DNA of 64,000 bases from Octopus vulgaris. Its lineage: Eukaryota. The notes under the pieces were generated by a model. The model was not told the DNA's origin, did no database searches, and saw only the letters and a program-made list of their open reading frames with translations. This document shows positions 28,611 through 42,477 of the stretch, one piece after another. The translations under genes were made by a program, and so were the position numbers. The first letter of the stretch is position 1. The number at the start of each line of letters is the position of its first letter. The stretch spans positions 157,108,001 through 157,172,000 of the forward strand of contig OX597816.1 in the NCBI GenBank assembly GCA_951406725.2, given 5' to 3'.

Positions 28611-29742
28611 ACATATATATGTAAATACAGGAATATATATATGCGTATATACATATATATATATACATACATATATATACGTATATATGTGTGTATGTGT
28701 GGGATATAGTTATATGCATTTATATAAATAAGTATATATATTGTATATGTACGTGTGCATGTATGTGTATATGTATATATATATATGCATGTATATACCT
28801 ATATATGTATATTTATGTGTGTGTGTGTGTGTGAGTGTGTGTGTGTGTGTATACATTCGTGTAAGAAAAGTAGGAATGTGTTCATATATATGTATATTTC
28901 TGAATAAACGATTATAGAAATACATATATTATAGATTATAGAGAAATATGTGTGTTATATTACATTTTGATATCAAATATATCTGTGCCCGTGCGCATGT
29001 GTATGTGTGTGTGTTTGTTGTATATGTTACTTGCCGTGTATATGAAAGTGTACCATAATTTACGTAATACATATACATACAGAAACTCATGCGAAAGGAA
29101 AGAATATGGCGTCTGATACCCAACAGAAATCCGTGCGTTTGTATGTAAAAGCATCCACATTGGATAATATATGAATAGGCAAAAATACTCCTGCTTACAC
29201 ATGCAACACATATACTTGTATATATGTATATACTTAAAGATAGATAGAGAGAGAGAGAGAAATAGGTAGCTAGATGCATACATACGTATATGTACATTCA
29301 TATATATATACATACATATAGGCAGGCAAGTATACACGCACATACACACATATATGTATATATATATACATATATACTTGCATGCCTATAATTCAAACGT
29401 AGTGGTGGAGATAAATCACGCAATCATTCATTTGGAAGTAACTTAATCAGACAACAGACAGGTATGTCTGTGTGATATCAACCGATTCACGCTCAGTGTA
29501 ACGCTGTTCTGCCATTGAATTCAGTAGCCAAAAATTCTGCACTCCCCTTTGTCGTTTTTGCTTATGTTTTCGTTCAACATTGCTGAACGATACGTATCTG
29601 TATGTTTCCATATGCATGTGCTATATATATATGTGTGTGTGTGTGTTTGTGCGCGCGCGCGTTTTCTCTATGTGTGTTTCTGAGTAGGTTTATATATGCG
29701 TATCTGTATCTCTGTCTTTCTTTTTCTCTCTCTCTCTCCCTG

Positions 29743-29803
<61 letters not shown>

Positions 29804-29851
29804 TTATATATAAATATATATATATACATACATATATGTACATATTTGTAC

Positions 29852-29912
<61 letters not shown>

Positions 29913-31899
29913 CATACATGCATCCATGCATTTATATATACTGGCATTATGTATACATATTTAAGCAGATACATACGCACATACATATACAATGACGGAT
30001 GTATGTTTGAGCTACCACCTCTTTATTCAATACTGCTATAAATTTAGAAAGGATTGTTTTGTTGTTGTTTTTTCCTTGTCATGGCCAACCATTTATTGGC
30101 AAATCTGATATTTTGTGCTTAATAAACGCGCAATGAACCGCTAAAATCATCTAAATGAAACTTCATACTGATCATCCGCTTGAATGAACAATCAATCAAC
30201 CGAAAATGTTGCACAAGGATGTTATTATAATTTATTTAATTATTGTTTTGTAAAAAGTGATTGTGGATCAACAGGCATCACTATTTATCTCCCCTGTCAG
30301 AGTAAATTTAAACGAAAGAAATGCTGTTTTTCCTTTTGTATAGGAGGCTAATATGTTGACCTGAACAGCCCTAATGTATGCATCTATGAATTATGTATGT
30401 TTGTATGTATGTATGTACATATATACGTATGTATGTATATATGTGAGTATGTATATATATATATATATATATATTCACACAGACACAAATACAGACACAA
30501 ACACATACACATGCACACACATATGTATGTTTTAGTATAAATGTATGTATGTATGTATGCATTTGTTGTTGTTCTTAAAATGAGACGTTAATTATTTTTT
30601 TTGTAACAATAACATTTACCCATCAAAACATTTGCACTGTTCAGAGCAACATATTAGCTTCCTACACAAAATGGAAAAAAATGTCTTTTTCTCGTTTAAA
30701 ATTGAACTGAAACGAAGAATTCATTGTAACATAGGCATAACACTTGAAAGTTATTTGACTGAAAAAAAGAAGTGACCACATGGAGCTCAATATCTTAAAT
30801 GTATCTTATTTTATGGAATCTGGAGGGGCGATATATAAAGGTGACCTCTGACTGACTTGAACTTAGTACCTAAGAACCACAACGAATACCCCCCCATTCT
30901 TTATCCGACACTCTAGTGTTCCTGTCTAATGTTCCATACATGTGGGAATGATTTGAACACTGAACGGGGAATGGGTACAGTCTGTTATGCCGAACATAGT
31001 ACGACACTGTTAGTTTATTTTATAGATCTTAGAGAGAGGAGGTGCAAGGTTATCCTCGGCGGGAATTGAACTAAGATCATTGAATATACAGCGGTAATAC
31101 TGCAAAACATTATCCCCTGATTCTCCACCCATCAAGCCAATCCAATGAACCTTTGAGGAGTCAATAGTTAAAAAAAAAAAGATTATCCATTTAGTAAATC
31201 ACTGCAATATATTCAATGAATGCACTTGATCTTATATCGATGATTTTAACCATCAAGATTCAAGAAATACTTGGCATTATTATCATATTAATCAAATTTT
31301 AAATTTATTTTGTTACATATACATCGGAAAATATTACTTCTTTCTGATTAAAAATAAAGTGATCAATAAATAACAGTTCTAAACAGAAATAAATCAGAAA
31401 TTCAGCTAAACCGGCGAAGCACACTGACTAGCAAATTTCTTTCATTAATAACGCTGTCTTTATGTTTGTTTGTTGTTTTTGTTATTAATTCCTAATATAT
31501 CTTAATGGGACTTAACTTTGAGTCTAATATATGAGACTTGCGTCAGTTCCTCAAGTGATTTAATTTTTCTTTAACAATATATTATTGAAATCTTGTCATG
31601 CAGGAAATACTTTAAGCAAAACACAATGTGCCCAGGAGCCATATTCATATTCGGAGTTTCTGTTAGTTTTTGAAACGCTTTCGCTTTATAGACACCAAAA
31701 ATAGCATTTATACACACACTCTCACACACACACACACACACGCACAAACACTCACACAAGCACACACACGCACACATACACACCCACACATGTCTCCAAC
31801 ACTCACCACATATATATAATATGCATATACATATTAACGTAAATAATAGTGAGTACATATGTATGTATATATATATACTTCTATTAAAGCTGCAAAACA

Positions 31900-32280
31900 T
31901 CACAAAAAAAGCGTTACTCGGAGTTTCACGTTCCCGCTCGTCGGATAATTGTGATCTAGCAACTTGTCCGACGATGCCATGAACCCTTCTATTAGGCTAC
32001 AACAAGTAACATTAGTTGCCAAGAACCCTCATAAATATCCTAGCTGTCCCTAATAACACTGTTTTCTGGAGCTGTACTAAACTGGGTTTTATGCCTATTT
32101 CCTCTATCCATCTGTTCAAATCTTTAGGGATAGTTCCCAGTGCACCTATAACTACTGTGACACATTTTACCCACAATTTCCATAGTTTCTGTAATTCAAT
32201 GGCAAAGTCATGATACTTTGCTATTTTTTCTATACTTTTCACATTAAGGTTTCCATCATTTGATAATGTAAAGTCAATTA
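31900..32280 (-). pseudogene. R4/Dong-like RLE non-LTR retrotransposon 3' end
   Basis: IDFTL..D....KSIEKIAKYHD.AIELQKLW...V.VVIGALGTIPKDL...LQKTVLLGTARI. Abuts a (TTA/TTG)n tract. Confidence 0.8.
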
Positions 32281-32479
32281 TTATTATTATTATTATTATT
32301 AATATTATTATTATTGTTGTTGTTGTTGTTGTTATTATTATTATTCCGTTTCGAGATAAGCTTTACAGGTAGAGAAGAGCCTCTAGATACGATTGTCCTC
32401 AGATAGAGCGACCAAGCGGTTATGCACGTCACGTGCACTGTCAATTTGTTGCTGACTCGTGGAATTATATAGAATAGCT

Positions 32480-32800
32480 GTTATCGCATAAATTTGACTA
32501 TCAGCCGAAGCCATCATGGAGATCGCTCCAACACCCACTTTTAACAAGGTAGGGCTGGCGATGTTCCTCTCTAATTGCTATGGCGAAAGAGTTTGTTTGG
32601 TGGACGAGCCTGAAAGGATTGAGAAAAGGCACCTTCATCCTCGGCCAAGCCCTCATCCAAATTTTTAAATCCCAATTGGAAAAGAAAGTGAGGGTGGAAT
32701 GGAGAGTGAGACTTTTGACAGAATTTGTGAAAAAGACGGATGACTGTGGAAAAAAAAAGGTAACGGTGAATGGCCATACGCCAAGCACGTATCTGTAGAT
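32480..32800 (+). pseudogene. Probable LINE ORF2 C-terminal remnant (Tx1-like)
   Basis: KEFVWWTSLKGL...LGQALIQIFK.QLEKKVRVE resembles Tx1-type C-termini. Recognised from recall only. Confidence 0.4.
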
Positions 32801-35612
32801 TAGAGAAGATCAATTGAGAATAGACCCGTTCCATTAGTGGCCAGAATAATTACTGATGTGTTAGGTTTCTTGATTGGCCCTAGTTGGAGTTTTTCCACAT
32901 CATTCATGATGCTGCTTGACGTGGGGCAGCATTCCTTTCCATTTCTTTCTCCTCATCTTTTATGTAAGCCCCCGCACAAATTGTTGACTGCCCTTGTGAT
33001 GTTCCCCTCATCAATGCCCCTACCTCAAATAAAAGGCATTATCATTACCATTATATTTGCCTCTCGTAGAACAGGGATGTGATTAAATATTGCTAGATAG
33101 TTTTATTCTAAATAATTTCCACTATTTGTTATTCTATAGCAAAGAAAATTTTAATCTCTACTATATTCCGAAGATGCTATACGAATCGATGCATTGTAGT
33201 TGATAAATGCATCTTCACAGCAAAACGAAGATAGTAATTCATACTCTCAGATGAACTGATAACGTTTCCAATGCTTGTGAAACTGAGGTAAGTTTCTTGC
33301 CAGACATTAATGAAGTATACTGTAAATATACAAGCAGGAACAGAATTCAAACCTTGACATCCTGGGCTTGTTCACCTGAAGGATATATTTCGCACTGAAC
33401 ACTCATCAATTCATACTAATATAATGTACATACTGACGACAGAAAATATCTCTATTTATAGACGTCATGTCAGCATTGTGATATATTACATAACATAAAT
33501 GCAGTGTATGTTATAACTTGCATCCAGAAGGAAGCGAAACCATTCCTGGTTTTGACTCTGCCCATGAAAATTTCTCAAGCTACATCCTTTACCACAAGTC
33601 CCCTTAATGTAGTTGTTGTGTTTGTTTGCGTGTATTTATTTATCTGTATTTTATTTATTTATCTATTTTATAAATTGACACAAATCTTGTTTTCAGGCGC
33701 AAACTACGACTATATAGCAACAGGTTTATTTTTCTTGGGTTTCTTAACATCATAAATGAAATTAAATGGCTTCAAGAGGTTAAAATATGTCACAATTTCT
33801 GTTAATAATTATTCTTTTGTTTATGGTATTCAACTCTATTAACTCCAGAATTTAGTAACAAAAATCCAGAAAATATTCCCAAAGATTTTACAGATGCTCT
33901 TGCATGAAAAATCTCCCCTTCCATTTTTTTTACTTTTTCTCGAATTGAAAATAATTTAATTTGTTTTCCTTCGAAATTATTTTAATGAGGAAATTGTTCG
34001 AGGCCATATCCACGATATGCAATTGTAAGGGAACTGCGATATTTATTTTCTCTTAATTTTCTTCATAAAATTCCCCAAAGACACAAATAGTAAAATCACT
34101 ACTATCGGAAACAAAACAAACATAGAAAAACTATTTTAGCAACATTATTTATATTTATATCATTTTTTTACAAGGATTTTGTTTTTAAGGAAAATTAACG
34201 CGTAAGGAAATTCTTTTTAAATTGAAAAGTAAATAGAGAAAATATCTTTTTTTATCTTTCGGTGTGTGGATGAATATTAGGGAGAAAAAAAGAGAGAAGA
34301 TGTGATTGTATTTCTTAAATGTATTTAGAATCAATATATTTACACAATATTGATGCGTTGATGACCAAACAGATTCCTTATTATTGTTGTGATGTAATAT
34401 TTATTGGAATAGAGACAGGATCGAACACTATAGGAACACTATGTCACGCCTAAAATATTTTTTAAATCCTCGTTACCACCTGGCCCTAGGTTCACATTAA
34501 CGAAGTTCTCTCCGTTTAAGGCATTCACATACCTGCCATGAGTTTCATCAGAACTATTAATACACTACCATTCCTTTTTCCAGAATACTATTTAAAAAAC
34601 AAAAGAGAAATAGACATAAAAGTCTTCCCACCCTCCGCACTGTAGTAGATCTCTTTGCAGCATATATTTCACTCTTCCATCGCATTCTTCACCAAAACGT
34701 AAGATTTTCAACTCCTGTCTCAAGTTCGTCTTTCCCTCTTTGCCGTCCAGGATACCCTCTTTATGCTAATATCATAATATCATCTTCTAAAGTTAAGGCA
34801 TGTGCTTATGCAGACTCCATTATCTTTGACACTCTAAATATCTAAATATTAGCCAAAACGAAATCTATTTATTCTGGATCAAATTTTCCATCTTTATTCC
34901 TCTAAATAACACCAGCTACCTTTATGATCTCCTAATTCCTCGAACCACTAGCATTCCCTCTCTGTGTATCCTTTAAGACAGTGTCTCGCTTCTCAGCAGA
35001 GCTGAAGTGAGAGTTATATCATCCTTCTCAGTTCAAATTCTACCGAGGTCGACTTTGCCTTCCATTCATTCGGGGTTGATAAATTAACTACTAGTTACGC
35101 ACTGGGGCCGATCTAATCGACTTAATCCGTTTGCCTGTCCTTGTTTGTCCCCTCTGTGTTTAGCCCCTTGTGGGTAGTAAAGAAATAGGTATTACGTTCT
35201 GAGTTCAAATTCCATCGAGGTCGACATTGCTTTCATCCTTTCGGGGTCGATAAATTAAGTACCTGTTGCGTACCGGGGTCGATTTAATCGACTGGCTCCC
35301 TCCCCAAAAATTTCGAGCCTTGTGCCTAGAGTAGAAAAGAATCTCTTGGATCTCCCTTTCTGTCTCTTTAATAAACACAAATGTGGTTTGCGATCTCAGA
35401 GAAAGAGAAGAGAGAAATCGATAGGGTAAAGTAAAATTGTCGTGAAGTGGGGAAAATCCATCGTTTCGGATACAGCTATACTTGAGGGAACTTTTAAAAC
35501 GAGGGAAATTAATCAGGGTTACACAATTTGTTGCAGCCATTTTCTGTGCCAGCACATAACAAAACCAGCCTCATTGAAGTTTGTTTGATCAGACACACGT
35601 TATATATATATA

Positions 35613-35657
<45 letters not shown>

Positions 35658-35940
35658 GCACCTATATATGGATATATATATATATTTAGATATACATACA
35701 TGTATATATATAATATAATATATATATATATATATATATGGAGAATTTACGAAAAAACAAAAGACGAAGACAGGTGGTGTACAAAACAAACAGATGTATT
35801 AGTATAACTCTCAGGAACAGAAAAAGTCTTTTACGTTTCGTGCCTACGCTCTTCTACAGAAAGGGACACAGAAAAAAACAAAGAGAGAAATAAAATGTGT
35901 GTAGTGGCTAACGATCTATGATGGCGACTGTATATACATG

Positions 35941-35991
<51 letters not shown>

Positions 35992-37383
35992 TTAGATTCG
36001 AGCTACTCTTAGTTTCATGCAGTGACAATGCAATTAACGGATAAGTGTAACCTGACATTGTTTCCAAGCAATTTTTTCAGAATCAAATATGCCACATCAT
36101 TGTGTGTTTCTAAGAAAACGAGAAATGGCGATTGTACATTTTTAAAAGAAATAACAGAAACGTGAAATGACCTATGACTTTGAGAAAAGGTGAGAAAGGG
36201 AGAGATGGAGTCAAAAGTAAAAAGAGGAATGGGACATAAAGAAAGGGAATAGAAAAATGAAAAAGAAAAAGACAATCAAATTTTACGGCCTTTTGACTGT
36301 TCAAATCAGAATTAATATGATCGGAATATATTAACGGTGAGAATGCCAAAGTCAGCAAGACTGCACACCTGATCTTGAGAGGTAGGTGCATTCCAGTTCG
36401 AACGGGGAAAAGTATATAACGCTTGATTTTGTTTTTCTATTTTCTTGTTTGTAACAAAAGCCGAATGATCTTTAGTTGGCTGATACTCCAGGCATAAGTT
36501 ACATCGTATAGCGAGATAGAAACTAAGAGAGAGAATTAACCATACGAGGTGCAGAACGAGTTCACATGCTAAGCTTGGATGTAGGCAATGATTATAGGAA
36601 CGCTACACGCACACAATGAGAAAAAGAATTTTGGAGATAGAAGAGAAGAAGGAGTAAATGTCAGAGTAGTTACAGTGGAAATAAAGTGAAGGGAATTGTG
36701 GATAAATACGTACTTACATACTTTCGTGTGAAACAAGAAATGAGAGTTGGTGGCTGTGAGAGATTGACATTAAAAGTAAAATTTTAAATAGCATATATAC
36801 ATCCACGTATATGCATATAGTTGTTATAACATGATATGCACATTATTGGGAGAAGGCAGAAAAAATCATTGTTATTTTATTTCAGCTTTTATATTCGAAT
36901 TGGATAAAAAATTCGGATTGAAAATATAATTTCTTTCCGTGTTGATTTTAAACTATGGGAATTCACGCACGCGTGCGTATGCATTCATCGTCACTCCTTA
37001 ATTTCTGTCTCTCTTTCACTCTCCCCACCTCTCTCACACACACACATACAAACACAGACAACCAGCTCAAACATTCGCGCACAAGTTATTATGGCTGTTT
37101 TAGGAAAAAAATATAGTGTTGTTTTGCATGTAACTTCAGGATTAAAAGATAAATAAAATGAAGTTATGAAAATAAATATGATAATAGCGTTTTAACTTGC
37201 CGCGAAAATCGCATGAGTTGACGCAGAAAATTGCTCATGACGTAAAAGATTGGTTCCACACTCTTTTTTACAACAAATATCATTGAAGAATGAGGGCACG
37301 GGACACTTTTTATATCATCTGAATTTCTTAGATAATGTGAGGTATCCTCCGAGTCAATATTTACATTATTTATATTGGTCATA

Positions 37384-38322
37384 TGGCGCAGTGGTTAAGA
37401 GCGCGGACTACTAATCCCAAGACTCCGAGTTCGATTCCTAGCAATTACCTGAATGCAGTACCAATGCTTTGATGCAGTACCAATGCTCTGATGCAGTACC
37501 GATGCCCTGATGCAGTACCAATGCCCTGATGCAGTAACAGGCAGTGGCTCTCATGGCTGCTGACCTTAACTGATTGGAAGTGTTATCATGTATACTGTTT
37601 TGTCTTGGTATAAAACATGGGCTATAGCAAATACCCTGCTCAATACCACAGATTTTCTTGTCAGTTGTTTGACCTTAACCAGTTGAGCATGTCCCTTAGT
37701 GATGAAAATATTAGCATCTCTGATCACGAGCAGAAGTAGTGGGGGAGCATCATAGCCGTGTGTTGAGAGGGGTTCTTGGGTGTTTGAATAATTCACCTCT
37801 GGAAACATGGATATTTCGTTCAACATCCTTAAACAACTCTTATTCAGGGACCTTTTGAGCGGGATGTGTTACTCGACCAGAAGAACATTCTAACTGGGCC
37901 CCAGCTGCAAGGCCATGCGCTGTTTATCTTGATATGAGATCACCATGTCGCGCACATATAGTTGTGATGCATGTGCCTAGTCTACCCTTATCAGACGGGT
38001 GGTCATGATGGGTATACTGGGCTTCGTATATTTTACCCCAGTGTTACTTTGATGGCATGAACTGCTCTCTCACTCAATAATAATAATAATTATGATGATG
38101 ATGATGATGATGATAACAATAATGATAATAATAACAATAATAACAACAACAACATCGAAAAATACCTTCCGAATGAGAACCCAGATTCAAAATTTCCCCA
38201 AGGCACCTGTTGAAGGCTGGAGGGTTTATCAGCCGAAATGTTGTGTGAAAAACAAACAAGATGAGGACAAATATCCGTCAAATGTAAATAATGTACATAA
38301 TTCCTCATCTCTTAAATATAGA
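37384..38322 (+). mobile_element. tRNA-headed element with (AAT)n spacer and HHR-like tail, interrupted by a ~620-bp insertion
   Basis: A box TGGCGCAGTGG (37384-37394), B box GAGTTCGATTCC (37427-37438). Tail at 38160-38322 has a degenerate HHR (38203-38246). The same head-microsatellite-tail order recurs at 58375-58650. Confidence 0.65.
37453..38078 (+). mobile_element. ~620-bp non-coding dispersed element inserted in an (AAT)n tract; its 5' 19-mer is tandemly amplified
   Basis: Colinear with the reverse complement of 60041-60602. Four copies of ATGCAGTACCAATGCYYTG-like 19-mer at 37453-37528. Confidence 0.8.
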
Positions 38323-39953
38323 ATAGCTCCGAGTCATTGTTATTTCCGTAATTTAGCACCTTATTAGCGCACACGAAACATACGCATGTTGAAATGCTTC
38401 CTGACTTGACCAGGTTGTCGTTGTTTTTTGTTGTTTTTTTTTTGTTTTTTTAACACACTTTATTTAGGACTGCAACATTCAATGCCATTTTTATATTTAT
38501 TTTATCACGGCATAGAATAATTTGAGGGAGATTTCTTACCTAATTCTTGGAGGTCAATGTCTATGTAGACGCTTTTTGTTTTCTCATCCAAAGCCTTGTT
38601 AGAAATTTCGTTAGCAAATCTTAATAATTTAGCTTCCATTTTATGACCATTTAAGCGTACTTCGAAATTATTAATGAGAAAATATTATTTATTGTAAGAA
38701 CAAAAAAATCTCTATTGACCGATAACTCATTAAATCATAGGGGAAAATGTCTTCCTTTTCATACATTGTATCTATTGGTTCAAGCAATAATTTATTTCAT
38801 GTGTCAATGTAATATATTTTACTACTTTGTGTAAAGTATAGAAATATACTATAATTGTTGTTTTGGTGCAATCATAACAATCTCAGTTCTATCGTAACAA
38901 AGTAGATTAAAGATTCTATAATAAATTCCAATAATTTTCTTAAGTCCAATAGACATGATTTCAGAATGGTAAGACTGCTAGTTCTAGCATGTTGAGAAAC
39001 CACGACCACATGGGAGCTTTCCTCGTTACCACATTAGTGTCAGTGTTGTGGCTATTTGAAACTGGTCATTTGTAGACATCCGATCTTGTAATACTTGTAG
39101 CAGAAGCATTATTGCATTGTAGCTTTTTACTTCTAGCTACCTCTTTTCGGTTCATCACGTGATGGTCAGATCTATTTAGCTTTGTGCGGGTTGTCCACCC
39201 CCTTAACGTGAGAGGCTAACCAAGCGTCCCCATTCAGCTATCTAAGGGACAATTTTTCCCCTGATTCTACAGGGAGGTGAGTTTGCTACGAGAAAGTTCT
39301 GGATTTTCGACAATGGGAGCAGTTTGATTCCAGTATGCGGATTCATCTTGAACAGAATTATAACCGGAATTCTTACGCTATGCTTCGCGTCTTTCCAACA
39401 TTTAAACAGAATTGTAACCAGAGTTTTTTATGCTATACCTTAAATATTTCTAAACATTAATCTTCCATTTTTATGAGCATTTAAATGTACACAATGTATT
39501 GACAATTATTATTATCCTAACAGTTGGTTGTATCTAATTTTAGCGACAGTAATACATGTTTCAGTACGGTCAACTGTACCTTGCTTTTAATTTGTTTATT
39601 GATAGGCGCAGGAGTGGCTGTGTGGCAAGTAGCTTGCTTCCCAATCACCTGGTTCTGGGCAAAGTCCCACAGCATGACAAATTGGGCAAGTATCTTCCAC
39701 TATAGCCTCGGGCCGACCAAAGCCTTGTGAGTGGATTTGGTAGACGGAAATTGAAAGAAGCCCGTTGTATATATATAAGTGTGTGTGTAATTGTTAACGA
39801 GGACAAGAAGCGTTAAGGCAAGTCAAGCATTGAAAGTATACGAATGTTAGCATGAAGTGTAGAAATGTGATAACGTGTGTATGTGTGCGTGCGCAATATG
39901 AGTCAGAGATGTTGCATGTGAGCGTATTATGTGTAGGGAGGTCATAGAGAGTT

Positions 39954-40018
<65 letters not shown>

Positions 40019-40021
40019 CCC

Positions 40022-40050
<29 letters not shown>

Positions 40051-40052
<2 letters not shown>

Positions 40053-40341
40053 GGCCCAGTGGTTAGGGCAGCGGACTCGCGGTCGTAGGATCACGGTTTC
40101 GATTCCCAGACCGGGCGTTGTGAGTGTTTATTGAGCGAAAACACCTAAAGTTCCACGAGGCTCCGGCAGGGGGGGCGATCCCTGCTGTACTCTTTCGCCA
40201 CAACTTTCTCTCACTCTTTCTTCTGTTGGCTTGCTCGCTTAGCCAGCGGGTGGCATCATTTGAAGGCTAAAAAACAATGCGAAGCGCATTGTGACCAGCG
40301 ATGTGTAGCAACATCTGATAGCCTGGTCGGTCACGGTCACG

Positions 40342-40346
<5 letters not shown>
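40051..40346 (+). mobile_element. tRNA-derived SINE, same head as 6251-6640 but a different 3' half
   Basis: First ~170 bp match the 6251-6640 element, then the sequences diverge. Flanked by (TA)n. Confidence 0.8.
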
Positions 40347-40395
<49 letters not shown>

Positions 40396-40867
40396 CGCTT
40401 CTTTTTTCTGGATGTTTACAGTATCAGGACTTTAAACAATATGGATTTACGCAGGACTGCATCTTAGGACTTATGGACTTATTTCTACAATATCGGAAAG
40501 TTGAACTGTGGACTTCTATGCTTCTTTTTACTTCTCTTTCTTTATCTTATTCCTTTACCCCTGTCCTCTATGTCGTCATTTCATTAATCTATACCCTTCT
40601 CATATTCCCTGTTTGTCTCCGTTGACGGATTTATCCCATAATCTGGGATATCCCACATACAACTGTAAGACTTTGAATTTTTTTCCAATAATAATTATGT
40701 ATATGATATGAGATGTTTGCCTTGTCTGAACGTTTATTGTCCTCTTTAACAATTATACATCCGCTATATCGGCAATCTGCTATAGCTCCATAACTACCAT
40801 CTCGGCTATAACCTTGGAGCCCTAGTAATCCGTTACAGCAATTAACTAATTACCTAATCGTTTAGTT

Positions 40868-40990
<123 letters not shown>

Positions 40991-41029
40991 AAATGAACGA
41001 ATGGAGTCGAACGACAATTTAACAAAATT

Positions 41030-41119
41030 CCTTTATTCTCGACACATGTTTCGAAGACTGCATATTCTTAATTCCGAAGGAATAAAGGGTGCATTATGCC
41101 GTCTTCTCATCAGGATAAT
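41030..41119 (-). ncRNA. Type I hammerhead ribozyme with canonical core, extended stem II and potential pseudoknot
   Basis: Minus strand: ATTATC / CTGATGA / GAAGAC-g-GCATA...TATGC-a-GTCTTC / GAAA / C-ATGT-G / TC (GUC triplet) / GAGAAT. Loop-II CCTTTATTC is complementary to the 3' tail GAATAAAGG. Confidence 0.8.
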
Positions 41120-41137
41120 TCATTCAACTACTTAAAC

Positions 41138-41228
<91 letters not shown>

Positions 41229-42251
41229 TGTGTGTGTATGTATGTATGTGTGTATTTATGTGTGTATTTATGTGTGTATTTATGTGTGCATTTATGTGTG
41301 TGTGTGTGTCTTTGTTTGTCCTTCCACCATCGCTTGTCAACCAGTACTCGTGTGTTTGCGTCCCCGTAACTTAACGGTTCGGTAGAAAGGGACCGATAGA
41401 ATAAGTATTAAGCTTACAAAGAATAAGATCCGGCGTCGATTTGTTCGACTAAACGCCGTACTCCAATATGGCCGTAGTCAAAGAACTGAAACAAGTAAAT
41501 GAATAAAATAATAAAAATATCTATCCTGACTTCATTTAGCATTATCAGACCTTAGACTGCATTTCATGCAACAACTACACATTATTTTGCTAAATACCTA
41601 TTCGTGACCAGTTGACCTCTTACAAGTAGCGTGCAAACTTCCTCCAAATCGCTCTCTTGAAAACATACACACCTATGTTTAAATAAAGGCTGTAATGGTC
41701 ATAGCTAAAGACTGGAGCTCGTAGGTCTGCTCCACCTTTGCTAACCTGGGGTTAAATAATAAATAGCATATTTAAAGTTTTAATGGCACATATATAGTTG
41801 AGACGAACATAAGATGAAGAGAAGAAGAAGAAGAAAAAGAAGAAGAAGAAGAAGAAGAAGAAGAAGAAGAAGAAGAAGAAGAATTAACTGTAGTAGCACT
41901 AGTAGTAATGTGCCAATATCTACTACTGTTGCTATCACTACTAGTGCTACTATTACTACTGCTGCTATTGTGCCTGCATTGGTGGCGGTGGTAGTGGTGG
42001 CGAAGGTTACATCATTTGTGCTGGTTGAGATTGCAGTGACAGTGGTGACAGTGGTGGTGGTGGTGGTGGTGATGGTGTAGTGCTGGTGGTGGTAGTGGTG
42101 GTCATGGCGGTAGCGTAGCGTCTGTGTTGGTAGCTGTGGTATTCTCCTACTCCCCCCCCCCCCGCCCGCCGGAGTATCGTGGACCTTAGGTGTCTTTGCT
42201 CAATAAACACTCATAATGCTCGGTCTGGGAATCGAAACCGCATTCTTACGA

Positions 42252-42477
42252 CCTATTTCTTTATTACCCACAAGAGGCCAAACATAGAGGGGACAAACAA
42301 GGACAGACATAGGTATTAAGTCGATTACATCGACCCCAGTGCGTAACTGGTACTTAATTTATCGACCCCGAAAGGATGAAAGGCAAAGTCGACCTCGGCG
42401 GAATTTGAACTCACAACGTAACGCAGATGAAATACCGCTAAGCATTTCGCCCGGCGTGCTAACGTTTCTGCCAGCTC
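42252..42477 (-). mobile_element. Third tRNA-related SINE family, nested in a remnant of the GGCCCAGTGG-head SINE
   Basis: Host head sequence lies on both sides (42195-42251 and 42478-42502). Truncated copies of the inserted family occur at 35028-35340. Confidence 0.75.

Noticed and set aside
37384-37445. Functional tRNA gene (also 40051-40125 and 6565-6640)
   Set aside because: A/B boxes are present but no complete acceptor stem; the sequences continue into repeat bodies, so they are SINE heads.
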